From Octopus vulgaris (Eukaryota), in NCBI GenBank assembly GCA_951406725.2, contig OX597815.1, positions 133,982,001 to 134,046,000 of the forward strand: 64,000 nt of DNA, written 5' to 3'. The position numbers were made by a program, and so were the translations under genes. Position 1 is the stretch's first letter. Each line of letters starts with the position of its first letter. A model generated the notes under the pieces. It did no database searches. It was not told the DNA's origin and saw only the letters and a program-made list of their open reading frames with translations. This document shows positions 1 to 11,172 of this stretch, piece by piece.

Positions 1-589
1 TCTTCCCCTCTGCTTCCTTTTCCACCCACCTCTCTTAAACAGTAATAAAATGTTAAAAACACATCTGAACATACCACCATAAATGCCATTTTTATGGCAT
101 AGCAGTAGAGCTTTGTAGAAAACCAATTTTATCAATATGATGGAATAATTTTTTGATAGTCTTGAAAACATTATTCTTTTTCCTGTTGTATTGAATAATG
201 TTCGCAAGATATATGTAAAGTGCTTGGATATTTTAGGCAAATAGTTTTATCTTTCCTTTATCCAGCGTTTTTATCACTTATTTGATTACACAGTTTTTCC
301 TTCTTTGTATAGAAAAAGAACCAATTCCTCAGTATAAGGCTGTGGATAGCACAGTCAGTACAGTGTCAATCAAAATAGTGTGACTGTTATATCCCTTTCT
401 ATTCTAACTTCAAATCCCACTTTGTCAGCTTTGCCTTTCCTCATTCTGGAGCTGAAGAAATAAGTATCAGTTAAATAATAATGACTTTTGTACTGATAGC
501 ATTGAATTTCTAAGGTTGATGGAATAAAATAGGACAGAAACTGCAGCTTGACATACTTAACTCAAACTTTCTTACATGGCCTGAGTGCC

Positions 590-1050
590 TGGAGTTATGA
601 TAGAAGACACATACCCAAGGTGCCATGCAGTGGGTTTGTACACAGAATTTTGTGATTATAAAGCAAAGCCCTTACACACAAGACATTGATATAACAACAC
701 CCTGTATGGTTTGCTACTCCCAATTTTATAACAAGACTTGGATTACCCAAGGCTATAATAGAAGACATATATCCAAGGAACCATACGGAGGGTTTGAACA
801 CAAACTTATGTGATTGCAAAGAAAAGCCCTTACACACAAGAGGTTGATATGATTGACAACACTCCAGTATGGTTTGGCACTCCTAATTTTATAACAAGAC
901 CTAGGTTACCTGAAGGTATGACAGAAGCCACTTACCCTAGGTGCCATTCTGTGGGTTTGAATAAAGAACTGTATGATGGCATGGCACAATACCTCTGCAT
1001 GGCTTGCCACTCCCAATTTCATAACCAGACCTAAGTTGCTTAAAGGCATG
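590..1050. repeat. Degenerate tandem repeat, about 3 units of ~160 bp, derived from an antisense SINE head
   Basis: Recurring blocks agaagacacatacccaaggtgccatgcagtgggtttg, aaagcccttacacacaaga and tcccaattttataacaagac. Confidence 0.75.
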
Positions 1051-1767
1051 ATATTGAAATAATTGATAACCTCTCTTGAAGATTGTACTCCAGATGTCTT
1101 GCCACATGGCCACAGTCCAGTGACTAAAAGGAGTAGAAGAATGAAAGAATTCCTGAATGGACAAAGAACAAAGCAAAAGGAAAGAGTTCCAAGTAAAATC
1201 ACATGTCACACTGACAATTCAGTCGCACTACATTAATGCTTCATAGAAAGACACTGTGACATGATAAAGAAATATGTTATGGATGGGGGTGGCATGTAAA
1301 AAGAAAACAATATATCTTTATAAAAACAAAAGCAAGAGGTTGTGGGGGAAAAAAAAAAAAACTGCTGATTCTTCACATAATTTATCTAAAAATGGTGTAA
1401 ATTAGATTCTGTGAAACACCACAGATATGGGCAACATTATTGAATGGTGTGTTCCTTTTAAAAAATAAACATAAACAGATGTGTAAGCAAAAATAATCAA
1501 TATGTATTCTATATTCTCTTTTCAACACTTCCACTTGATTAAACACATTAAAGGTTGTTGTTGTTGTTGTTTAGATTGTGGGTGTGTGTTGTTACTTTAT
1601 AAACATGAAACAACTGTTAAATTAATGTGTGTGTATATATGTGTGCACCCACATGCTTTGTGATTCTAAAATAACAACAGCTAAATGAACATACATACAC
1701 AAACACATATAACCATAAAAATATATATGTATGTATATGTACATATACATACATACACACACACATA

Positions 1768-1820
<53 letters not shown>

Positions 1821-3147
1821 TGTTTCCTTGTGACAATAGCTTAATCTCAATATTTTCAGAAAAACTGTAATGGAAAAAAAAACAAAATTACCAAGAAATT
1901 AACAGTTTCCTTTTTTTTTCTTTCTTCTGCGTTATGTTGTGCATGTGTGTGATTGTGTATGTGTGTGGTTAGTAAATTGAGGTAAATCAAAGAAGTTGCG
2001 TCCATGATAGTAAAAAAACAAACAAACAAAGAGAACACAAACAAAAACAAGCTTACTTTTTGACAAGAGAATATAATTATAATATCCATGTAATATCATA
2101 TAGTTGGGCATAAAGCTGAATTCAACCTGCTTTGTTTTTTAACCTTTTATGTGATAAAATTAGATGAGTGTTTTGTATGTATGTTTATTCGTGTGTGTGT
2201 GTGTCTGTTTGTTTTAGATGATAATGTTATGATAAATAAGTGAATAACACATCTTCATAGGTTATTGCCAGAAAGTTCTCCCTCAAAAAATATAAATAAA
2301 ATATAAATAATAATAATTATGATGATGATGTTGATGATGGGTTTTTTTTAATATAAATTTCGACACAACATTATCACTAGGAATATTTAGTTTCTACAGT
2401 AGGTAGATAGTGTACCTCTTAAAAAATATCATCATTCTGTCGTTATACTGATTGTGTTTGACTATGAAGAATGGTATGTGTTGGGGTGGGGGGCCTAGCT
2501 CTCATGCTTCCAATACTAATCATACTGCAGTTTCCTTGCTGTTAGTATTAGAATGATGATTTCTCTGATTAAAACTTGACATTCTTAAAACTACTCCCAC
2601 CACCATCATCTTTGCCTACTCTCACCAGTCCTCTTCTAAAATTTTTCCTTTTTCTTTTAATGGCTCAAGAGTAGTGTTTCCATATGTTTTTATGTTAATA
2701 TTTTAAAAAAAATATATGTATGCCCATGTGTGGTATTGTGTTTATGTATTTCTGCTGTTATGGGTACTTCATGAAGAGAAATCTGGTGTTAATGCAGATG
2801 GGGATTGAATGAATTTATATTATGTGAAATGTATATATTCACACATTTGTGTGTGTGTGTGTGTGTGTGTGCACATGTTCATGTTGGCTATTACAAAATT
2901 CTACCCCTACCCTACAACTCTTGAGTGTTGCAATGTTCAAAAGAACATGATGTTTATAATAAAAGATTCGCTACATCAGCTGCATGTATTCTGTTGATTT
3001 GTACTATATCTGGCAAACTGTTGCTAATCTTTAACTGAGAAACTGCAAAATTTTCATTAAAAATGGTTACATTTATGTTACTTTGATGTCATTATATAAA
3101 CTTGATATTGTTTTGGTGATATAATAGCTTGATAGTACTTACTATAA

Positions 3148-3650
3148 TAACAACTTGATGTCAGTGACATAACAACTTGATGTCAGACACATAACAACTT
3201 GTTGTCAGTGACATAACAACTTGATGTCAGACACATAACAACTTGTTGTTAGTGACATAACAACTTGTTGTCAGTGACATAGCAACTTGTTGTCAGTGAC
3301 ATAGCAACTTGATGTCAGACACATAACAACTTGATGTCAGACACACAACAACTTGATGTCAGACACACAACAACTTGATGTCAGACACATAACCACTTGA
3401 TGTCAGTGACATAACAACTTGATGTCAGTGACATAACAACTTGATGTTAGAGACATAATAACTTGATGTCAGAGACATAACAACAATTTAATATCATTTG
3501 GTGAGATAACAACAACTTGATGTCAGTGACATAACAACTTGATGTTAGAGACATAACAACTTGATGTCAGAGACATAACAACAATTTAATATCATTTGGT
3601 GAGATAACAACAACTTGATGTGATATAGTGACATAACAACTTGATGTCAT
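3148..3650. repeat. 22-bp minisatellite (ATAACAACTTGATGTCAGTGAC)n with a higher-order ~100-bp duplication
   Basis: About 20 head-to-tail copies with no unique spacers. Confidence 0.95.
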
Positions 3651-5426
3651 TTTGAGCGTTAAGGTTATTTAAGACTTAATGAATGGAATCTGGAAAAGTG
3701 CAATAATTTAAGGCTGAAGGTCACCTTTTTCCAGCTAACTATTGATGCAATAAATAGTTGGCTGGAAATTAGTGACCAGTGTTGACTACATATTTCACAT
3801 TAGTTATTTTGACTATACCGATATAATATGACTGAATTTTTATTGTTCTCTATCAATTTCATCAATATTTTCACTAAATTTCTTTAAATATTTCTTATTA
3901 AAAATAGTAATGACACAAAGGAACAAAGGAATTATTGTATTTAAATCAAGATGTTTTTTTTATTAATCATACTTTTTAGATATTTTAGATATTTACATGA
4001 TGGGTTCAATAAGTTATTTATGATTCCATGAAGGAGCTAATGATAAGAAGTTTGCTGACAACCCCCCCCCCCCCTCCGGTATAGAGACTCCCTTTTTGGT
4101 TCATAGTGTTTCAGTTTTGGTTCAATTGAACCTGAAGATGGTAATAATGAAGATTTCTAAAATAAATGCTAGACAAATTATGGGAATGGATCAATACCAA
4201 TCCTGGTATTTACAAATCACAAGTAGATAAGCGGCAATGCCCATCTTGGCAGGGTTCAAACTCAGATTGTAAAATGACATATTTCCCATTACACATTATT
4301 ATTTTCCTTGATTATTTGCCATATTGATCAAAATGATATATTTCATTTATAAACATTCTATGTATTCTTAATTCAAGACACTTTTTTGTTCACCACTCTT
4401 CCATGTATGTATGTATGTAGATATTTGTAAGTGTATATGTATGTGTGTATGTCTGTGTGTGTCCTGTGGCTGTCCATTTACAACAATGGTTGTAAATGAA
4501 TGTCACTGTTGCATAAGCAATGTTATTTGTCTCCAATCTTCTGCAAAAATATCTCTTATCAGGAGGAAATATTACTGCGCTTAGCAAAAGGTGCAGGTTG
4601 GTAACAGGAAAGGCATCCAGTCAGAGAAAATCTGCCTCAATAAAACCACCTAACTCATACCAGTGGGTATCAAACAAATATGATAATGACGTTGAATGAT
4701 TTTCAGTAGTAATCAGCTCCTAGTTTGCTTTTGTTTTGTTTTGTATTTTTGTTCTCTCAGAAGCATTTTATTTTAATGCATAACTTTCTGTTATACAAAG
4801 TCACACAATAGCATATATTATATTATGATTACTTAACAGAAAATATTTCTTTCTTGAAGCTAGAGCATCACTGCATCACCTGATTAATTTTAAAAAGGCT
4901 TTGATAAATGAAGTATGACGAACAACATATCTGCTGCTATTTGTTACATTCACATCTCAATCAAAGCATGTGCTCGATTTGCTCTGTTAACCTAATTGTT
5001 GAAAAATGTCTGTGCTTTATATTTGACTGTTTTATATCCTTATTATCTCTAACAATCCATGCAAAATACATTTTATTTAAATAACAAATCATTACAAAAC
5101 CAAATAAACAGGAGATATAGCAGAAACTAAACCATCATAATTGCCTCTTTGCATTATTTTCCTTTATGATTACTTTGAGGTATTGAGCAGATTGATATTT
5201 TGAAACTCTCATCATATAAAGAGTTCATATGCTGTTAATGCAGTATTGGTAGCAGCATTTTTATACTTGATTGGCCAGTTAAAATATCGATGTTGAAACT
5301 ACTAGCAATTTCCATATCCAGGATGATACCAACTGATGAAACTAAAAGCATAAACCACTTTTGAGTTGTGCTATATCACTGGCAGAAAACAGCAACAGAT
5401 AAAGAAGTAATAAAGAGAAATGGCAA

Positions 5427-5471
<45 letters not shown>

Positions 5472-5806
5472 CACACACACATGTATGTATATATATATAT
5501 GAAGCAAAATGGATGCTGAAGAATTTAGAAAGCATGGCAAACAGGATATTCAATATGATATGAGTAAGAAATTAAATTCCCTTTTGAACACTAATCTAGG
5601 ATTGGATGTATTTATATACTGTTGTCGATCAAAGGCATTCTAGACATGACTGCCTCATCTGATAAGAGAAAGACAGAGATAGAGGGGGATGCACGCACGC
5701 ACACACATAGAAACAAACTGTGTCTGATGGATAATAATGAAGATGTGTAGTGGTTAAAGATTGTGAGTGATGAATGTGAATAATGAGTGATAGGAGGAGA
5801 AAAAGC

Positions 5807-5859
<53 letters not shown>

Positions 5860-6084
5860 ATGTAGGATAAAATTTTTTCGAAAAAAATTTTATCAATGGC
5901 CAGGATATTAAAAAATACCTTTAAAGGTTAAAATTATAAACAACTTATAAACAAGGGCAAACGAAAAAATTTCTAATGACAAATATGCCAAAAAATTGGA
6001 CATATTGTCCATTACCGTATAATTTTTCACAATAAGCATGCTACTCAAAAAAAAGCCAACAGAAATCTCTAAAAAATTCGATTA

Positions 6085-6144
6085 TTACCATATCGGACTG
6101 ATTTCAGGGTTAGTTCGTAAGAACCCTCCCTTCGTCAGTGATAA
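6085..6144 (-). ncRNA. Minimal type I hammerhead ribozyme (copy A)
   Basis: Minus strand: TTATCA CTGACGA AGGG agg GTTC ttac GAAC taa CCCT GAAA TCAG-T-CCGA TA TGGTAA. Intact core, one mismatch in stem III. Confidence 0.78.
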
Positions 6145-6561
6145 ATGTGGCAAAAGAAATAAATGAGATACTTACTCATACCCATGGAAGAAGCAAAACA
6201 CTAAGTCATGAGCACAATTAAGTACCCCAAATACATCCAAAATAGAAATACTCCAGCCCATTCAAGACACGTGCGATTTGAACTGAGGCTCTCACAGAAT
6301 GAGAGAGTCCAGAAGTGAACACTTAAATTTATATTTAATGTAGGATAAAATTTTTTTCGTAATAATTTTATCAATGGCCAGCATATTAAAAAATACCTTT
6401 AAAGGTTAAAATTATAAACAACTTATAAATAAGGGCAAACAAAAAATTTCTAATGCCAAATATGCCAAAAAATTGGACATATTGTCCATTACCATATAAT
6501 TTTTCACAATATGCACGCTACTCGAAAAAAAGCCGACAGAAATCTCTAAAAAATTCGATTA

Positions 6562-6617
6562 TTACCATATCGGACCGATTTCAGGGTTCGTAAGAACCCT
6601 CCCTTCGTCAGTGATAA
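6562..6617 (-). ncRNA. Minimal type I hammerhead ribozyme (copy B)
   Basis: Minus strand: TTATCA CTGACGA AGGG-AGGGTTCTTACGAA-CCCT GAAA TCGG-T-CCGA TA TGGTAA. Intact core, stem I of 6 bp, stem II, palindromic stem III. Confidence 0.82.
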
Positions 6618-7117
6618 ATGTGGCAAAAGAAATAAATGAGATACTTACTCATACCCATGGAAGAAGCAAAACACTAAGTCTTGAGCACAACTAAGTATCC
6701 CAAATACATTAGCTTGCTAATGTCCGTTTGGGACTCGCGGAGCCTTCAGCAGAACAGGCGCACATGGAGAGGTAAATATATTTTCAAAAATTGTTTATGT
6801 AGTAAGCTTAGCTGATGAGCTTTAAGTGTCAATTCACCACAGAAAGTAAAATCAATTGATACTGGGATATCTATCCTCCTCTTTGTAGTTTTACAAATGG
6901 GGACAACCATTTTTCTAAATGTATTTGCTATATTCTCCATGCGCCTTTATATATAGTCAGAGATATGTGGTTTGGGAGAGTTTTAACTCTTCTTTCAAGC
7001 TAATGGGTACATATTGTATCCTGACTTTTAATATATTATTTGCATATTCGGATTATGTTTGCTGGCCATTTTATCATTATTTTTTAAAGATAATGATAAC
7101 TTATTTGAATTTTGTTT

Positions 7118-7165
<48 letters not shown>

Positions 7166-7556
7166 CAATACATACATACATATATTAATTCAAATAAACT
7201 GCAGATATAACAGAAACACATTACACACAGATGTATGAAACGAATTTGCATATACACATACACACATACATTAACAGCAATTTTTTAAAATACACTGGTT
7301 GCTAAAACGTACATATCTGAGTCAATTAAGGGTCAACCAACACACTGAGTGTAGCTCCTTTTGTATTGAATTCTTACCCTGGAGAAATACCCATTTAATG
7401 ATATTTGATATGAAAATTTAAATTAATTTAATTCTTTAAATTGAACTAATTAGGCATGGAAACAACTATAAGAGCAAAGAATTTGATATTGAACAGATTA
7501 TGTTCAAATAAATTGATATCTCCGTTTTCTTTTTCTGTTACTTAAATGATATATAT

Positions 7557-8422
7557 TAGATCTGATCAATAAGTATACGGACTGTTGCCATAGTAACAAA
7601 GCTAAAGCATGCAGAGTGAAGCTGCTTGGCAAAGATTGACCTTGAACACTGCCGTGCATGCACACTAAGTTTTAACATTCTAGCTCACTTCTGCTGTTTG
7701 CAGCAGCGCTTGAAAGGAAGGTGTGTAGTGTGTGATTTTCGCATTGACTATGACAGAGAAAGTTGTCATGGTGATACCTGCTCAGAGGCCTACACAAGGT
7801 TGCAGAAAGTGTATGGAGAGGAGTGTATAAGCCACACACAAGTGTACAAGTGGTTCAGATGTTTCCAAGATGGCTGAAAAAATGTCGATATTGACAAATG
7901 TTGTGGGGAAACCTGAAACCAGTGCAACTGAGAAAAACATCGCAGATGTGCATGCAATTGTGAGGGGGAAATCATTGAATCACCATCCACGAGTTATCAT
8001 AGGATGAGCAGATTAGTTATGGTTCAGTTTAGTTCATTATCACTGAAGATTTGGGTATGAGATGTGTGTTTGCCAAAACTGCTTTCAGCTAACTGAAAAG
8101 ACACCCGGCTTTCAGTTGCACAAGTTTCCTTAAATTGTGTTGGGAACAATAAAACCTTTTTGAAAACTTTGTGTATGCCTCTGAGCAGGTATTGCCAAGC
8201 TTTTGGCAAAATTTGATGTTGATTCTCTGCTCAACTTTCTCTGTCATGGTCAATGTGACGATCACACGCTATACACCTTCCTTCCAAGCACTGCTGTAAA
8301 CATTAAAACTTCGTGCATATGCACAGCAGAGTTCAAGGTCAATCTGTGTCAAGTGGTTTCACTCTGCATGTTTTAGCTTCGTTACTATAGCAGCAGTCTG
8401 GATACTTATTGATCAGACCACA
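7557..8422 (+). mobile_element. Defective mariner-type DNA transposon with ~125-bp imperfect TIRs
   Basis: Left end tctgatcaataagtat...gattgaccttgaac is mirrored at 8300-8420, in TA context. Mos1-like HTH remnant SEAYTRLQKVYGEECISHTQVYKWFRCFQDG. Confidence 0.88.
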
Positions 8423-8613
8423 TATATATATTTGAAAGAGTGTGTATGGTAGCCTGCAATATCTCTAGCAGATCAATAAACTATGCAAAGATTCTCTCAT
8501 TAAATGATGGATTGGTCAGTTGTTGCTTAGCCCCAGGTAATTCTGAATGAGCATACTTTTGACCAAAGGGACTATCTTATCCTTTTCGGCAAGATTACAA
8601 TATGACTATAATA

Positions 8614-9063
8614 CCATAAATCCTTGAGTATAATACGCAGGAGATTTTTAAGGGGCTGTACTTCTGAAAAACCTAAACCTTGTGTATAATACGCACCCCT
8701 TCTCTAACTTGAGTCGTGCGTAATTAAGCCAGCAGCACCTAGTCGAAGAAATGCTTCCGCGCATGCGTAAAACAATAATGGTAATGTTCTTATATTTGCA
8801 AATTGTTTTTGCTACATGTTATTCTGTGTTCAGAATACTTTTATTTTAATAAATGTTGCTTACTGCAAGTTATGGATGATTCTTTTATGACTTCATTGCT
8901 TTCAGGCTTAGCTTAATGTATTTTTGCGCCCGGCATCACAAATAGAGACTCAGACATTGCTTAGAAAATATTTTTCATTTTTAACCTCGTATATAGTGCG
9001 CACTAGGGATCTTGACCTTTAAATTTTGAGGGAAAAGTGTGGATTATACTCGAGGATTTACGG
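8614..9063. mobile_element. Tc1/pogo-superfamily MITE
   Basis: TIRs CCATAAATCCTTGAGTATAAT / ATTATACTCGAGGATTTACGG flanked by a TA target duplication. Confidence 0.85.
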
Positions 9064-10604
9064 TATGTGTTTCTGTTTTTGAAGAACTGTGGGGTATGAT
9101 GTGAGGGGAAAATTGTCTACTATTTCTTGCCGATCAAGTGAAAATGTAGAGGCTCTTCCATTGGCTCAACATTTAAGAATTTAAACTAAACCATGATGCT
9201 AACATAAAAGTTATATAGCATAGATTTTAAAAAATGACTTATTATTAACTTTAAATATTTATAATTTTGTAGAATTACTAGTGTGTTCTCTTAACTATAT
9301 ATCTGTAATGAAGGCAAAATCAAGGAAGAAAAATTTGAATGAATTAACAAGAAAAAAATCCTGTTTTTGTCGGTTGTAAAATTGTTAAAATGATAGAATA
9401 ATAGACTAAATGTTTAGAACTATTTACTTCAATTACTGATACTTGTATAATGAAGGAATACAGTGTATTGGGTCTATTCATATTCAGTCCCCCACCCACT
9501 TTATCATTAAAATTTATTTATTGCTATCCATCCTTTCTCTCTTTCTCTCTCACGCACACACATGCTCTTTACTATCCTTTATCCCTCATTGCTTACATCC
9601 ATTAATCTTTTATTCTCTCAGTGTGTGTGTGTGTTTGTGTCTGTCTGTCTCACTCTCTCTCCCCACTGCATTCTCCTTCCCAACTTCATACCCTCTTTTT
9701 TGTCACTCTCTTCCGTCACCTTCTTCTCTAACCCTGTCGCTCTCTCTTCACCTATCATACTGCTCATTCTGTTTCTATCCAACCAGTCTTCTTACCAATA
9801 ATCATGATCTCTCTCTCTCCTCCTTTACTCTCATTTCCATTACCCTATCATTTTGGTTCTCTTCCTTAATTTTCTCCTACCACCTTCTTTGTCATGTTGC
9901 TTCTATTCAGCCTCCTTAATAACAACTATCACATAAGTATTTATCACTCCTTCACTCTCTCTTTCTTTACTCTCTTTTCTATCATCTTTCTCTTATCACT
10001 CTGATTCTCTATATTTATTTTCTGTTACCCTCCCTTAACAGGCTCTCTTCCTACTTAGTTGTGTGATAAAGAGGGATATTGCTGTAAAGAAACAGTGCAT
10101 GGGTAGAGAGAACACTTTTAGTTTTGTTTAGCTGAGACAACCCTCTGGTGCTAGTGAAAGAATGAATGGAGACAGTAGACTAAAGAGGGCTCTTTAGTCT
10201 TCCTAAAGACAAGGCAATCTCTCTAGTGCTGGTGTTATGATAAAATGCACCCAGTATACATTGTAAAGTGGTTGGCAAATAAACAGAAACAAGGAGAAAA
10301 GAGGACTTGTTAGTCTTGCTGAGGATATGGCAAACTCTCTAGTGTTGGTGCCATGTAAAATGCACCCAGTTTACTCTGTAAAGTGGTTGCTGATAGGAAG
10401 AGTAACTAGCAATAGAAGCCATGCTAAAAGTGGAACAAGTAAGTGAGATGTGATCCTCTGACCATCTAAGAGGGCAGTAACTCCAAATAAGAGTGGACAT
10501 GCACTGTAACTACTTGTCCAGCACATGCCGGTATGAAAAACATGTGTAAGAGGATGGGGATGATGGCAGCAGTAACAATGACAGATAAATGTACAGTTAA
10601 TTAT

Positions 10605-10752
10605 TGGCGTTAGGAAGGGCATCCAGCCGTAGAAACACTGCCAGATCTGACTAGGCCTGATGAAGCCTTCCGGCTTCACAGACCCCAGTTGAACCGTCCA
10701 ACCCATACTAGCATGGAAAACGGATGCTAAACGATGATGATGATGATGATGA
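10605..10752 (+). mobile_element. RTE-LINE 3' UTR fragment with (GAT)n tail
   Basis: ggcgttaggaagggcatccagccgtagaaac...gcatggaaaacggatgctaaacgatgatg, same sequence as the 3' end at 42600-42745. Confidence 0.75.
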
Positions 10753-10772
10753 TATATATATATATATATAAA

Positions 10773-10934
10773 GGCGTAGGAATGGTTGTGTGGTAAGTAG
10801 CTTGCTTACGAACCACATGGTTCCAGGTTCAGTCCCACTGCATGGCACCTTGGGCAAGTGTCTTCTACTATAGCCTCAGGCTGACCAAAGCCTTGTGAGT
10901 GGATTTGGTTGACGGAAACTGAAAGAAGCCTGTC

Positions 10935-10977
<43 letters not shown>

Positions 10978-11172
10978 TGTGTGTCTATGTTTGTCCCCCC
11001 CCCCCAACATCAATGCTGGTGTATTTATGTCCCTGTAACTTAGCGGTTTGGCAAAAGAGACCAATAGAATAAGTACTTGGCTTACAAAGAATAAGTCCTG
11101 GGGTCGATTTGCTCGACTAAAGGCAGTGCTCCAGCATGGCCACAGTCAAATGACTGAAACAAGTAAAAGAGT
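10773..11172 (+). mobile_element. tRNA-derived SINE, family A (with internal (TA)n), full length
   Basis: A/B-box-like head (tggttgtgtggt...ggttcagtcc), near-identical to copies at 18446, 28424 and 56305. Confidence 0.9.

Larger units (their letters stand above)
5852..7120 (-). mobile_element. Penelope-like (pLTR) or retrozyme-like non-autonomous element inserted in (TA)n
   Basis: Direct repeats 5852-6236 and 6330-6709, each with a hammerhead motif and an upstream GTAAGT donor. TATATATAAA at 6955-6946 (minus). (TA)n on both flanks. Confidence 0.7.

Noticed and set aside
3148-3650. CRISPR-like appearance of regularly spaced repeats
   Set aside because: Units are directly adjacent with no unique spacers, there are no cas genes, and the context is eukaryotic. 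It is a minisatellite.
6805-6855. Plus-strand CTGATGA...GAAA hammerhead-like core
   Set aside because: No convincing stems I, II or III can be formed around it
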